NCBI GenBank assembly: GCA_951406725.2
Contig: OX597838.1
Coordinates: 26,660,001-26,724,000 of the forward strand
Direction of reading: 5' to 3'
DNA: 64,000 bases
Source: Octopus vulgaris
Lineage: Eukaryota
Part shown: positions 25,795 to 38,945 of the stretch, piece after piece
Position numbering within the stretch: position 1 is the stretch's first letter
How the letters are laid out: the number at the start of each line of letters is the position of its first letter
The notes under the pieces: generated by a model
Told to the model about the DNA's origin: nothing
The model's input: the letters and a program-made list of their open reading frames with translations, nothing else
Database searches by the model: none
Position numbers and translations under genes: made by a program

Positions 25795-26174
25795 TTTCAT
25801 TCACCTAACTTGGAATCTGCACTTTGGAAATACTACAGAAAGTACTTATCTAAAAAGAATGTCTGAATTACCAAGAGCAGATATCTTCACTTAGATGGGT
25901 TGCGTTGTCTGCACACATGGCACGAATATCAGCTACAAACACCCCTGTACAGAGTTTTGATATTCAGTATTCAATATTGTTTGGGTGTGTGGATTACAAC
26001 CAACTTAGCAAGGTGCCTCAATTTAAGTACCTAATTAAACGGAATTAAGATCATTTATTGAATAAATTTACTTTTTTGCATATCAAGATATTTTTATGTA
26101 ATTTTGGTAAATATCTGTTAGATGAGATGTCAATGTTATTTTCATTTTTGCATTATTTAGAAAACAGTATATAA

Positions 26175-26363
26175 CTTTTACTTGTTTCAGTCATTAGACT
26201 GTGGCCATGTTAGAGCACAGCCTTTAGTCGAGCAAATTTGGAAGCCTAGTACTTATTCTATCGGTCTCTTTTGCCGAACCGCTAAGTTACAGGGATGTAA
26301 ACACACCACCATCGGTTGTCAAGCAATATTGCGGGGACAAACATACATATATACGCCGGGCTT

Positions 26364-26401
<38 letters not shown>

Positions 26402-26567
26402 GGTGGGCTTCTTGTAGTTTCCGTCTACCAAATCCACTCACAGGGTTTTGGTTGGCCCAAGGCAACAGCAAAAGACACTTGTCCAAAAGGTGGCATGCAG
26501 TGGGACCAAACTTGGCACCATGTAATTGGGAAGCAAGCTTCTTACCACATAGCTACTCCTGCACCTA
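26175..26567 (-). mobile_element. SINE family A
   Basis: Family A consensus on the reverse strand. Confidence 0.85.
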
Positions 26568-26930
26568 TATATATATATATAACACTTTCAAACAAGCATG
26601 TGCAAACACATTATATGAAAGCTTGGCTAAAAATAAAAAAAAAAAAACGTCAAAGCAAAATAAAAATATACTCTGTATACAAATATACCTGAAAGAAACC
26701 CACACAAATAATTATTGACTAGAAATGAATAAGGTTTTCAATATAAAGGACATAATAAAATTAGGAACACAAATATAGAATAGTAAAAAAAAAACAACAG
26801 GCCTTTCCATGAGACCTCATATCTATTGCACTCTGGGAAACCACAGAAATGATTACAGCAAAGCTGGTGGTTAAGTGGCATCGAAATTATCTATGATCCT
26901 CATTTGATTTGCATTGAGGTAACACTTTTA

Positions 26931-27499
26931 TTGGGTTGTCCGGAGAGTTTGTGCCGATTTATAGTAGCTTACCTTTCAACTTAATTTAGAACATGGTTGA
27001 GTCCATAAAATAGGATTTGACTACACCTCCATTTAGAGCAGAGTTTAAGCTATCTTTTCGTGGAAGAAGGTTTATGTTCCTATAACCTGTGTTAATTCTG
27101 TAACCCTTTAAAATGGAAGATAAGAAAGTTCATTTTCGGCACTTGATGTTTTGGGAACCAGACAAAAATTGCTGCAGCTCGGCTGGGATGTGTTACCCTC
27201 ACCCTCCAAATATTCACCAGATATTGCTCCTTTGGATTTCCACTTATTCAGGTCTCTGCAGAATAGTCTTAATGGTAAAAATTTCAATTCCTTGAATGAC
27301 ATAAAAAGATACCTTGATGAATTCTTTGCCATGAAACCACCTCAATTCTGGGAAGAGGGTATTTTCAAGTTAAAGGAAAGATGGAGACGCATTGTGGTAC
27401 AAAATGGTTCATATTTGGTTGGTTAAAAATGTAATGGCAAGTATTTATTGACCTTTTTTTTTCCTTTAAAAATTGGCACAAACTTTCCGGACGACCCAA
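26931..27499 (+). mobile_element. Internally deleted mariner element with both TIRs and TA target duplication
   Basis: 30-bp TIRs ttgggttgtccggagagtttgtgccgattt / aaattggcacaaactttccggacgacccaa (3 mismatches), TA on each side. The transposase N-terminus MEDKKVHFRHLMFWE is fused to the C-terminus LGWDVLP...YSPDIAP.DFHLFRSLQNSL...GIFKLKERWRRIVVQNGSY. Confidence 0.93.
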
Positions 27500-27911
27500 T
27501 AGTTTGGACCAGTAGAATGCTTATAAACTCAAAAGATGGACATGGCAGTTGCTCTTTACTGTCACAAGAAGTGCATTATGGGATGCAAGCCCCATGGAAA
27601 GGCCTGTTTTCTTTTTCTGTCCTGGACTAGAACCTGTAAATGTCTTATATCACACACAACACACACATGCATACATATACATATATGTTTGTGTGTGAGG
27701 GTTTGTGGTTTAGTGGTTAGGATGTTGGACTCATGATCTTAAGGTTGTGGTTAACATTCCCGGACTGGGCAATGTGTTGTGTTCTTGAGCGAAATACTTC
27801 ATTTCAGGTCGTTCCAGTTCACTCAGCTGGCAAAAATGATTAATTCCTGCAATAGACGAGTGTCCCATCACAGGGGACAACATACATACATACATATACA
27901 CACACATACAG

Positions 27912-28321
27912 AAAAGAAATTTCGGGTGTGGAAGCAAGGTTTAGAATCAAGTAAATGTAGCAAAGACCAAAGTTATAGTAAGCAGAAAGGCGAACTCATC
28001 TCACACCCCCTCAGGCAGGTGGCCCTGCTCGATCTGTAGGAAAGGTGTAGGTAGAAATTCCATAAGATCTACCCAGTGTAAGCTATGGACGCATAAGAAG
28101 TGCAGTGACATCAAAGGGAAATTAACTGATAAGATAGCTTTCATGTGCGGCAGATGCACAGGGACAATAGACACCACAGATACTCAGAAAACAGATTCCA
28201 TCACACTCCAGGGGGAGAAACTAGAAGTGGTTGATAGTTTCCGCTACCTGGGTGACCAAGTTAGTAGTGGAGGTGGATGCTCAGAGAGTGTCACCACTAG
28301 AATATGAATAGCCTGGGCAAA
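27912..28321 (+). mobile_element. RTE-type LINE RT fragment with an embedded Cys/His (PHD-like) module
   Basis: WKQGLES../VNVAKTKVIVS...WPCSICRKGVGRNSIRSTQCKLWTHKKCSDIKGKLT...FMCGRC...[35 protein letters not shown]. Confidence 0.88.
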
Positions 28322-28335
28322 CATACATATATATA

Positions 28336-28366
<31 letters not shown>

Positions 28367-28524
28367 ATACATAGATATACATACATAGATATACATACAT
28401 ACATATACATACATATATATATATATATATACATACATGTATATATACATACATAAATGGTGGTGCCCCAGCATGGCCACAGCTCGTGAGCTGTAACTAG
28501 ATATAATAAATTAAAAAAAATATA

Positions 28525-28757
<233 letters not shown>

Positions 28758-28892
28758 TGCATATGTATATATATTGAATATATGTATAAATCATCAACAT
28801 TGTTTAACGTCCATCTTCCAATGCATGCACGGGTAGGACAGTTGACAGGAGCTGGCCAGGTAGAAGACTACCCCAGGGTACTGTGGACGGAC

Positions 28893-29280
28893 TTTTATTT
28901 GTTTCAGTCATTTGACTGTGGTCATGCTGGAGCACCACCTTTAATTGAACAAATCGATCTCAGGACTTATTCTTTTGAAGCCTAGTATTTAATCTATCAT
29001 ACGCTTTTGCCAAACCACTAAGTTATGGGGACGTAAACACACCAACATCGGTTGTCAAGCGATGGTGGTGGGGTGACAAACACAAACACACACACATGCA
29101 CACACAAACATATATATATGACGGGCTTCTATCAGTTTCTGTCTACCAAACCCACTCACAATGCTTTGATCGGCCTGAAGCTATAGTAGAATAAATTTGC
29201 CTAAGGTGCCATGCAGTGGGACTGAACCCAGAACCATGTGGTTGGTAAGCAAGCTACTTACCACACAACCACTCTGTGCC
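28893..29280 (-). mobile_element. SINE family A
   Basis: Family A consensus on the reverse strand. Confidence 0.88.
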
Positions 29281-29283
29281 TAT

Positions 29284-29324
<41 letters not shown>

Positions 29325-30080
29325 CGCACATACATACATACAAACATATTTACATACAGAAAATATATGTGAGAGCTGTATGTATACACAAGTGTATACC
29401 TACATATATAGATACACACATATATATACATACGGATATATACGTACACACACACACATGGGCACAAAATGCTCACACATATGAAACAAATGACAAAATC
29501 AGTCTTGAAGTGAATAACAAACAGGAACGCATGTGAACCAGACTAATCGAAACAAAAGAATCAGCTTATGAATGTTTGATTGAATGGACATTACAATCAA
29601 AACATGAGCTTTGGGACAGCGTTAGGGTTCGATGGTGTGGAGGGGGGGGGGCAGGGCCTGATGTAAGTTCATTTAGTTTAGGTAGCGGGGAGAAAAGAGA
29701 TGTTCTGGAGGCGACTCGGTGTCTTGAGACATCTGAGTGTCTTTGTGTAACTTTTATTCGTTACATGACTTGTGTTTTTCACACACAAATGATTTATTCT
29801 CAAAAAAACATGAATGAGGGGACAACCAAGTTATGGGAACGGGATATCTTCATAGAAAAACATTTCTTTATATTTTCTTCTCACTTATTATTAATATTAT
29901 TATTATTTTTACTAATATTAAGGCGGTAAACTGGCAGAATCATTGGCATCCCGGGGAAAATGCTTAGCAGCATTTTAACCATCATTGTGTTCTGAGTTCA
30001 AATTCTGCCAAGATCAACTTTGCTTTTCATCTTTTGGTGGGATTTGATAAATTAAGTACCAGTGAAACACTCTGTCCTAT

Positions 30081-30270
30081 ATCATCATCATCGTTTAACG
30101 TCCGCTTTCCATGCTAGCATGGGTTGGACGGTTCAATTGGGGTCTGGGAAGCCAGAAGGCTGCACCAGGCCCAGTCTGATCTGGCAGTGTTTCTACAGCT
30201 GGATGCCCTTCCTAACGACAACCACTCCGTGAGTGTAGTGGGTGCTTTTTACGTGCCACCAGCACGGAGA
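30081..30270 (-). mobile_element. Repeat family D, (GAT)n-tailed and resembling a LINE 3' end; other copies near 13870, 37380, 39170, 45280, 49120, 58030, 61178 and 62570
   Basis: catcatcatcgtttaacgtccgctttccatgctagcatgggttggacg...cagctggatgcccttcctaa recurs many times. Confidence 0.8.
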
Positions 30271-30281
30271 CCTATATATAT

Positions 30282-30340
30282 TTAAAATTAAGGGTTAAAT
30301 GCAACAAGTTGCACTTGTTGCATTTAACCCTTAATTTTAA
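30282..30340. repeat. Perfect 28-bp inverted repeat with a 3-nt loop
   Basis: ttaaaattaagggttaaatgcaacaagt-tgc-acttgttgcatttaacccttaattttaa. Confidence 0.95.
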
Positions 30341-30438
30341 TTATTATAACCCTTACCAAATATGGTCTTTTCCATACCGATAAATCTACTAGGTGAAATT
30401 GATTAATTTTATTAAATTAATTATATTCCACCCTCTAT

Positions 30439-30487
<49 letters not shown>

Positions 30488-30839
30488 CTTATGCATTCCA
30501 AAACCGAGTTACAGATTTAGACGTAAGGGGTATCAAAAGATTCAGTACTATTTCAGCTCCAAATTAAACTTAATTTCCATTCACATATTTGAATTTAAAA
30601 AATTTAACATTATAATCTTTTCCATAAATCAACTATTGTAAAAATGTTATACGATGACATCACATTTTCTGTATGTGTGTGTGTACCTTAAAAGACATCA
30701 ATCATCATGACACACACCTTCACACACACACGCGCACACACACACACGTCCATTTCATATAGACGTACATACATCTTTCACTTTCTTTCTCTGTTCTTTT
30801 CGCTTTCTCTTCTTTCAATTTCTGCTCTCTTCAAATAAA

Positions 30840-31560
30840 ATTTTACGGAATGAGCGATAGAAACACAGAAACGACATAATCTCTCCAGAAACAAGTATAA
30901 AGCAAGGAAGATTATAGAAAACCGAAGGCAAGAGTATGAAGGGAGAAGAGATTTTCTCAAGGTCAGCAAATGCATGTTGCAATACTTAATGCTGAATCAT
31001 TAATTCAATGTTTTAATGATAAGACAGAGGTCCAGTAGAATAGCTCTTAGAAACAGACTACGTACAAATTCATTCTTCACAACTTCTGAAGCTGTTTTCA
31101 GACATGATCCATCCCATTCTTATAAAAATAACTCTGTCGAAATTGGTGTGCTAAACACAAATTGTCGTTTATGTAGATAGAGCTTTAACATTTTCAAATG
31201 AAACAAATGGTATATGCTGCTCAGGCAGTCAGGTAACATTGCCAGCACAACCAACTCCTTTTCAACCTCTTACGAATCTTCTAGAAAGCACTTCCATCCA
31301 GTCAAAGGATTTTCTGAACAATATCAAACAATACAACTCTGCATTTCAAATGACATTGTTTGGTGCATCTAAGAAGATAGATAAACATGAATTTACGCCG
31401 GCGTCAAAGTTCAAGGGCAAGTCTATCACCTCATTGGTTCCCTGTTACTTGCAAATGAACAACCGCAGATCCTCAAAATTTACTTTATGAGTGATGTAGG
31501 ACAACAAACCTGGCGGAAGTGTCAAAATTTCAGATGATGCATTGTGTTAGACACAGCGCC
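30840..31560 (+). mobile_element. Helitron RepHel N-terminal region, degenerate fragment
   Basis: Frameshifted: NETNGICCSGSQVTLPAQPTPFQPLTNLL...SKDFLNNIKQYNSAFQMTLFGA...VQGQVYHLIGSLL...LKIYF. This matches the conserved Helitron CC..GKV.LP / FL.NIR.YNS.FQMTSFG / QGQ.YH..GSL region. Confidence 0.85.
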
Positions 31561-31749
31561 GACAGCTGCAAAGGAAAGTATACCTGCTGACTATATCCAC
31601 TGACAATAACTAAGTGGTTCAACAAAAGAGGCTGATAGAATAAATAACAGACTTCACAAAAAAAAAAAAGTCCTGAGATTGATTCATTCAATTAAAATTC
31701 TTCGGGGCATGGTCAAATGAGTGAAACAAGTCAGAGATAAAAGATATAG

Positions 31750-32330
31750 GTACAGGTGTGACTGTGTGACAAGAAATTCACTTCCCAACCGGAAATGAAT
31801 GGTTCTGAGTTCAGTCCTACTGTGTGGCGCCCCATGCAAGCTTAGTCTATTGCTTCGGGCTGACCAAAGCCTTGTGAGTGCATTTGATAGATGGAAACTG
31901 AAAGAAGCCCATCGTGAGTACACACACACACACACACACAATATATATATATACACACACACATACATACATATTCACACAACATACATACACAAATACA
32001 TAAACACATGAGTGTATATATATATATAAAATACATATAGCTATATACACATGCCTACATGTGTGTGTGTATGTATCCATTTGTGAGAGTGTGTATGTGT
32101 GTGTTTATTCTCTCCCACCAATGTGGCCACTTGACAGCTGGTGTTGGTTTGTTTACATCCCTGTAACTTTGCAGTTCGGCAAAAGAGACCAACAGAATAA
32201 GTACCAAGCTTTAAAAAAAGCAAAAAAAAAAAGAAAAAAGCCAGTAGGGTCAGTTGATTCAACTGGCTAAAATCCCTTCAAGACAATGCTCCGGCATTGG
32301 CACAATCCAATGACCAAAACAAGTAAAAAT
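31750..32330 (+). mobile_element. SINE family A, diverged, with expanded internal microsatellite
   Basis: gtgactgtgtgacaag...gagttcagtcc...gaccaaagccttgtgagtg...cagttcggcaaaagagacc. Confidence 0.75.
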
Positions 32331-32899
32331 AAATAAGAAAAAGAAATATATATATAGATTTTATATATAGAGATATATAATTACCCTGATATTAGTACTA
32401 TGATGATGATGATGACACTGATGATGGTGATTATCAAGTCGCTGTCTACATATCTGTTGGGGCTCTTTTAGCTGTAAAGGAACTCCACTGCTTCCATACA
32501 AAAACTGTTATGGTCTGTCTAAGTAATCCCAAGTAGAGGGCAGTGACAACAACAACAACACTACTGCTGCTGCTAGTAGTAGTAGTAGTAGTAGCAGCAA
32601 AATGGTTGTTCTTTAATTATGATGGGAATGTCAGTTATGTGTTTGTATGTATATTCTTGTATGTGTGTTTGTGAGCATGTGTGTATGAGGAGGGGGGGTC
32701 ATGTGTGAGTGTAAGTTAGGGTTAGTTTTGTAGGTTTAATGTGGTGAGGCGAGGTGAGAGGAAGGAGAGAGAGAGAGAGAGAGCAGTTGTCTGAAGGTAG
32801 TTAGAGTGAGCGTGGTGGTGGTGGTGGTGGTGGAAGGATTCCTCTGTAGCTAGGTAACTGATGTGTTTGGTGTCAGAAGTGTAGTCAGGTTTACAGTAA

Positions 32900-33300
32900 G
32901 AGAGGATAAATGGGGAGAGAAGAGAGAGAGGCTGTGAGGAAGAAAGACGAGAGAGAGAAGAAAGAGAGAGGAAAGACAGAAAGAGAGGCTGTGAGGAAGA
33001 AAGAGGAGAGAGAGAAGACAGAAAGAGAGGCTGTGAGGAAGAAAGAGGAGAGAGAGAAAGAGATAAGACAGAAAAAAAGAGAAAAGAAAGGAGTGAGAGA
33101 GAAAAAGGAAAGAGCTGTATAGGACAAAGAAAAGGGGTAGAAAGGAGGAAGAGGGAAAAATGAGGAGAAGAAAGAGGAGGAGAGAGAGAGGGACAGGACT
33201 GATAAAGAAAAAAAAGAAAAGGGCGGATATAAAAGAAAAGGAGAGAGACAAGACAGAGAAACACAGATATGAAATAAAGATGAGAGAGAGAGAGTAGAGT
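32900..33300. repeat. Polypurine (GA-rich) tract with three ~43-57-bp internal repeats (gagaggctgtgaggaagaaag)
   Basis: Seen directly; explains the F/L/S-rich minus-strand ORFs. Confidence 0.85.
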
Positions 33301-33513
33301 GTTCTGGTTTGTAGTGTAAATTGGAAATAGACATGCAATGATTTTTTTATTGAAGTAACAAGGATCTGAGATGTCCTCCTGCACAGATGGTGGTGGCGTT
33401 GGGGGATCTGATTGCTGGAGTGTGTGTAACTATATATATATATATATATATATATGCAGAGATGCATGTATCAGCATGTTTTTGCATGCAAAACATGCTT
33501 GTAAATGTGCATG

Positions 33514-33555
<42 letters not shown>

Positions 33556-34420
33556 CTCTTTTACTTGTTTCAGTCATTTGACTGCGGCCATGCTGGAGCA
33601 CCGCCTTTAGTCGAGCAAATCGACCCCCGGGACTTTATTCTTTGTAAGCCCAGTACTTATTCTATCGGTCTCTTTTGCCGAACCGCTAAGTGACGGGGAC
33701 ATAAACACACCAGCATCGGTTGTCAAGCAATGCTAGGGGACAAACACAGACACACAAACATACACGCACACACACACACATATATGTATATATACATATA
33801 TATGACAGGCTTCGTTGTGGGAAATGGAAGGTTCAATGTTGCAGAGGGCTTTGTGGTTTCATCCCAGACAGAAATTTTTCAATTAAGTTTGATGATTTTG
33901 TGTAACACACACACACACCCATACAAGACTGGCTTCTTTCAGTTTCCATTGATCAAATCTACATGCAAAGGTTTGGTCAACCTGGGGTTATATAAGCATA
34001 CACACACACATATTGTCTTATTTTTTGTTTGTTTCGGTCATTAGACCGAGGTCATGCTGGGGCATTGCTTTAAAGAGTTTTAGCCAAATGAATCGACCCC
34101 AGGACTTAATTTCTTTGGCTAAGCCTCGTACTTATTCTATCAGTCTCTTTTGCAAAACTGCAGAGTTACGAGGATGCAAGCATACCAACACCAGTTGTCA
34201 AACAGTGCTGGGGGGACAAACAATGACACACACACATACACATATATATATATATACATACGATGGGCTTCTTCCATTGTCCGTTTAACAAATCCGCTCA
34301 CAAGGCTTTGGTTGGCCCAAGGATATAATAAAAGACACTTGCCCAAGATGCCATGCAATGGGACTGAACCCAGAATCATGTGATGAGGAAGCAAGCTTCT
34401 TACCACGCAGCCACCCCTGT
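33556..34420 (-). mobile_element. Cluster of SINE family A copies and fragments
   Basis: 33556-33812 is a 3' half close to consensus; 34020-34420 is near full length. Confidence 0.85.
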
Positions 34421-35089
34421 GCTGATATGTACTAACCCTGGTCTTTATTTGGTAGCTTCTTTGAAGAAATTTTATCAGACACTCAAAGAAGACAATAATG
34501 GCACATGGTCTAGTGGTTAGAGCCTTGTGTTCATGATTGCAAGGTCATGATTTCAATTCCCAGGCCAGCAGGTGTGTTGTGTTTTTGGACAAAACCACAC
34601 CTCATTTCAGTTCACTCAACTGTAAATGAGTAACCTTGAAATGGACTGACATTCCGCCCAGGGGTAATGTTGTGATTTCGTGGAGGCGCATGGCTTAGTG
34701 GTCAGGGTGTTGGACTCATGAGTGTAAGACAGTGGTTTCGATTCTTGGACCAGGCCACATGTGTTTTTGAGCAAAACACTTCATTTCATGTTGCTCCTGT
34801 CCACTCAGTGGGTGAAAATGAGTAACCCCGCGATGGACCAACGTCCTGTCCAGGTGGGGAATTTCTACGGAAATCAGGAAACTGACCCTTATAAGTTGGT
34901 ATGATCCAAGAAGGAAGCTTTACCTTCACCTTTAATGTTGTGGTCTTGGTCAGTTTATGTGCTATGGAAACCAGGTGACCAATCCTGTGAGTCCTAGGAG
35001 TTGAGGCAGTAATGTCCAGGGTTGATGATGATGATGACGATTAGAATAACTGCTGAAACCTTCATTTGAGTTCTCAACCGATGATAGTC

Positions 35090-35548
35090 CTTTCTGCAAT
35101 AGGAACAAGGCCAGGGTGAGGGGACTAGTTGATACATTGACCTCAGTACAAGACTGGTATTTATTTTATTGACCCCCGAAAGGATGAAAGGTAAAGTCAA
35201 CCTTGGTGGAATTTGAACTTGGAATGTAGCGACAGGCGAAATACCGCTAAGCATTTTGTCCAGCGTGTTAACGATTCTGCCAGCTCATTGCCTTTATAAC
35301 GATAATAATTATTTCAAATTTTTGCCACAAGGGTAGCTTGGGGGAGGTGGGGATGAGTTGATTACATCAACCCCAGTGCTCAACTGGTACTTATTTTATC
35401 GACCCCGAAAGGATGAAAGGTAAAGTCGACCTTGGTAGAATTTGGTTTCCATAGCACATAAACTGACCAAGACCACAACGCAGTAACAGGTGAAATATCA
35501 CTAAGCATTTCGTCCGGTATGCTAATGTTTCTGCCAGCTCGCCGCCTT
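35090..35548 (-). mobile_element. Two tandem SINE family B copies
   Basis: gaccccgaaaggatgaaaggtaaagtc...ttctgccagctc occurs twice, separated by (TAA)-rich DNA. Confidence 0.8.
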
Positions 35549-36699
35549 TATAACGATAATAATAATAATAATGATGATGATGATGATGATGATGATAAAA
35601 AAGATAATAATGATTTCTTTCTTTTTTTTTCTAAAGTTTATAATAAGGAATATAAAAAGAGGTGGATGATGAATAATTAACGATAAAAGTCTATAGGAAA
35701 AAGAGAAGCTGGGGAGGGAGGGTGTTTCGGAGCAGGAAATGGGGGCAGTTATTCTGGGTACCAAATGATTACTAAGCTGTACTAAGGAACTATGTGTGTG
35801 TGTGTGTGTGTGTATGCGGAGGAACACAGGCACACACACATACATACAGACATGCATACATGTGCCGCCTCGCTGTGATAAGCCAAATTTAACGCAAGCC
35901 ATGATGCCATCTCAAAATAAATCAAGCAACCACTACTACCACCTCCTCCCCTTTCTCCACTACCACCACCACCACTACCTCCTCCTCCTTCCCCTTTCTC
36001 CACTACCACCACCACAACCTCCTACACAATTAATTTACGTCTTGTCTTTTCTCTAGACAGAACACGGCTTAATCTCTATCAAATCTAAAAGTCACCATTC
36101 TAAGACCTTCTTCTCTTCCAAGAATACCATCTTCAGTGCCAACTCCTCCCTCAACCATCTCTGCACAGAAATTCTTCAGTTTTCTCTTCCTCTGTCAGCA
36201 TTTTTCTTAAGTCTACAAAATACTTATCTCACTTGTATCATTCAAGTTGCTATTGTAATTTTAAATTTTGTTCTCACAACAATTGCGTCTGCATAATTCC
36301 CCCGGCACTTCATTAGTGCACACTAATTAACTATTTTGGCCCCAATTAATATAACATGTTTATTTTTTCAAAAATCATTTAAATTAGTGCCTTTTTTTTT
36401 TGTTTTGCTTCGTTTTGTTTCTTTTGCTCATTTCAGTCATTTGACTGTGGCTGTGCTGGAGCATCACTTTGAAGGGTTTTAGTTGAACAAATTGGCCACC
36501 AGGACTGTTTTTTTTTTAAAGTCTAGTAATAAATCTAGTGGTCTCTTTTGCCGAATTGCTAAGTTACAGGGTCATAAACACACCAACATTGGTTGCGGGA
36601 AAGAGACACATACATACATAATATATATATATATATATACACACATGCCCTTCCTAACAACAAATACCTTACAGAGTGGACTGACTGCTTTTTATGTAC

Positions 36700-36745
<46 letters not shown>

Positions 36746-37688
36746 ATGTATATGTATGTACGTTTATATATTTGTTGTGCAAGATTTTTTATGCGGTCGC
36801 AGTGTGACGAAAGAACTCTGGACGAAATAAAATTAAGATTAATGTACAAAATAAATAACACCTTGTTTCACCAAATTTATGTGTTTACTCCGGTATATAT
36901 ATATATAGATATAAATACACATGCCCTTCCTAACAACAAATACCTTACAGAATGGACTGAGTGCTTTTTATGTACCACTACACACATATATATATATGTG
37001 TGTGTGTGTGTATTTATGTATGTATATGCATGCATGTGTGTGTGTGTAACATGGCATAATTATAAATAGGGAAAATTCTAGCCATTTCTCCACAGACTGA
37101 AAAAGTGATGAACAACCTTAATCAATTTTCGAACCTTTATATATGTATGTGTGGCTGAGTGGTAAGTAGCTTGCTTCTCAACCACATAGTTCCGGGTTCA
37201 GTCCCACTTGCAGTTTAGCAGGAGAAACTGATAGAATAAGTACTAGGCTTTAAATGAAACAAATCCTGGGGTCAATTTGTTTGACTAAAGCCCTTCGAGG
37301 CGGTGTTCCAGCTTGGCCACAGTCAAATGACTGAAACAAGTAAAAGATATGTACGTGTCACCCAGGACATCCAGTGGTCAGTGTTAGAAAGGGCATTCAG
37401 CCATAGAAACTATGCTGAAGCAGACACTGTAGTTTGATGAAGTCCTCGGGCTCTTTGAATACTGTCCAAGTGTCTGCTTGAAGCTAGCATGGAAGACAGA
37501 CATCGAATGATGATGAGGATAAGGATATAGGCAAATATGAGTGTGGGGGAAATGCACGTGTGTGTGTGCGTGCGTAAATACATCCAGTGGTAATGTACAT
37601 GTAATGAAATGAGGAAAAGCACTTAATACAGGAATAAGAGTAAAGACAATTTAATTCGGTTAGCTGAAACTAAAACTATATGAGTTAC

Positions 37689-38023
37689 TTAACCCTTTCG
37701 TTACCAACCCGGCTGAAACCGGCTCTAGCTCTTTAGTACAAATGTCTTGTTTTCATAAGTTTGGAATTAAAATCTTCCACCAGGGTGGAATTTAACCCTT
37801 TTGTTACCATATTTCTTTTGAGGTGCTCTGTTTTTCTTTCAATTAATTTTAGATATAACAAAGAATTTAGTAAAATAACTTAGTTATCATTCAGCTAATG
37901 TTAGGAACATAAATTGTGACTAAGTTATTTTACTAAATTCTTTGTTATATCTAAAATTAATTGAAAGAAAAACAGAGCATCTCAAAAGAAATATGGTAAT
38001 AAAAGGGTTAAATTCCACCCTGG
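37689..38023. mobile_element. TTAA-ended (piggyBac-like) MITE rearranged into a 105-bp-arm hairpin
   Basis: Same family as 53505-53721. Arms 37780-37884 and 37919-38023 are reverse complements with 2 mismatches and a 34-nt loop. Confidence 0.88.
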
Positions 38024-38564
38024 CCCTCATTATTGAAGCGCAATAATAACAGCCACAGATTATGGTAATGCTGTCACTCTCTTCATAGATGCGGTCTCAG
38101 AAGCTTCTACTCTTCTACATGACCTTGGAAAAGCAGCAGGAATTATTGATCTTTACATCTCTGCAGTACTGGCTTAGAACAAGGGCTTACTGGGTAGTTG
38201 TCTGAATGGTCTCACGGGTTTGCATAGAAAAGAATGTGCACGTACAAGTGCTAGGTTAAGAAGCTCACTTGGCAACACTGAGGGTTAAGGTTCACTCCCA
38301 CCGTGTGGCACCTTGGGTAAGTGTCCTGTACTGATGTTAATCTATGTATATCAGAGTTGTGTATATAAGGGTCCCAGAATGTTGCTACATTCAGGGTCCT
38401 ACAATTCTGTTAAGACAAATTTATGTCTATATCTCAAAAACGAACCAGATCTACAATCAGGGGCAGGGTTTAGCAAACATTATCAAAGAAAACCCTTCAA
38501 ATCTGTAGATTCCTTGGTAACAGTATTCACAGAAAAAAAAAACACCCAAAAAACGTACAGGGAT

Positions 38565-38945
38565 AGTTGCGTGTTTGAAATGCTTGTTCAGTAATGACGT
38601 GGTTTTGGGTTCAGTCCCACTGCGTGGCACCTTGGGCAAGTGTCTTGTACTATGACCCTGAGTTGATCAATTCCTTGTGCATGAATTTGACAGTTGAAAA
38701 CTTGGTGGAAGCGCATCTTGTGTGTGTGTGTGTGTATGTATATGAGTGTGTGCTTCATCCCCACTACCAGTCCAACAACTGGTATTGGTTTGTTTACATC
38801 CTCATAACTTAGTAGTTCAGCAAAAGAGACCAATAGAATAAGTACCAGACTTATTAAATATGTACTTGGGGGATGATTTGTTCAAATAAAACCATTCAAG
38901 ATGGTGCCCCAGCATGGTCACAGTGCAATGACTGAAACAAGTAAA
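38565..38945 (+). mobile_element. SINE family A, diverged
   Basis: gggttcagtcccactgcgtggcaccttgggcaagtgtct...gactgaaacaagtaaaa. Confidence 0.8.

Noticed and set aside
32722-33467. 200-aa hydrophobic ORFs resembling membrane proteins
   Set aside because: Translation of a polypyrimidine/polypurine low-complexity tract; the same applies to 6992-7321.
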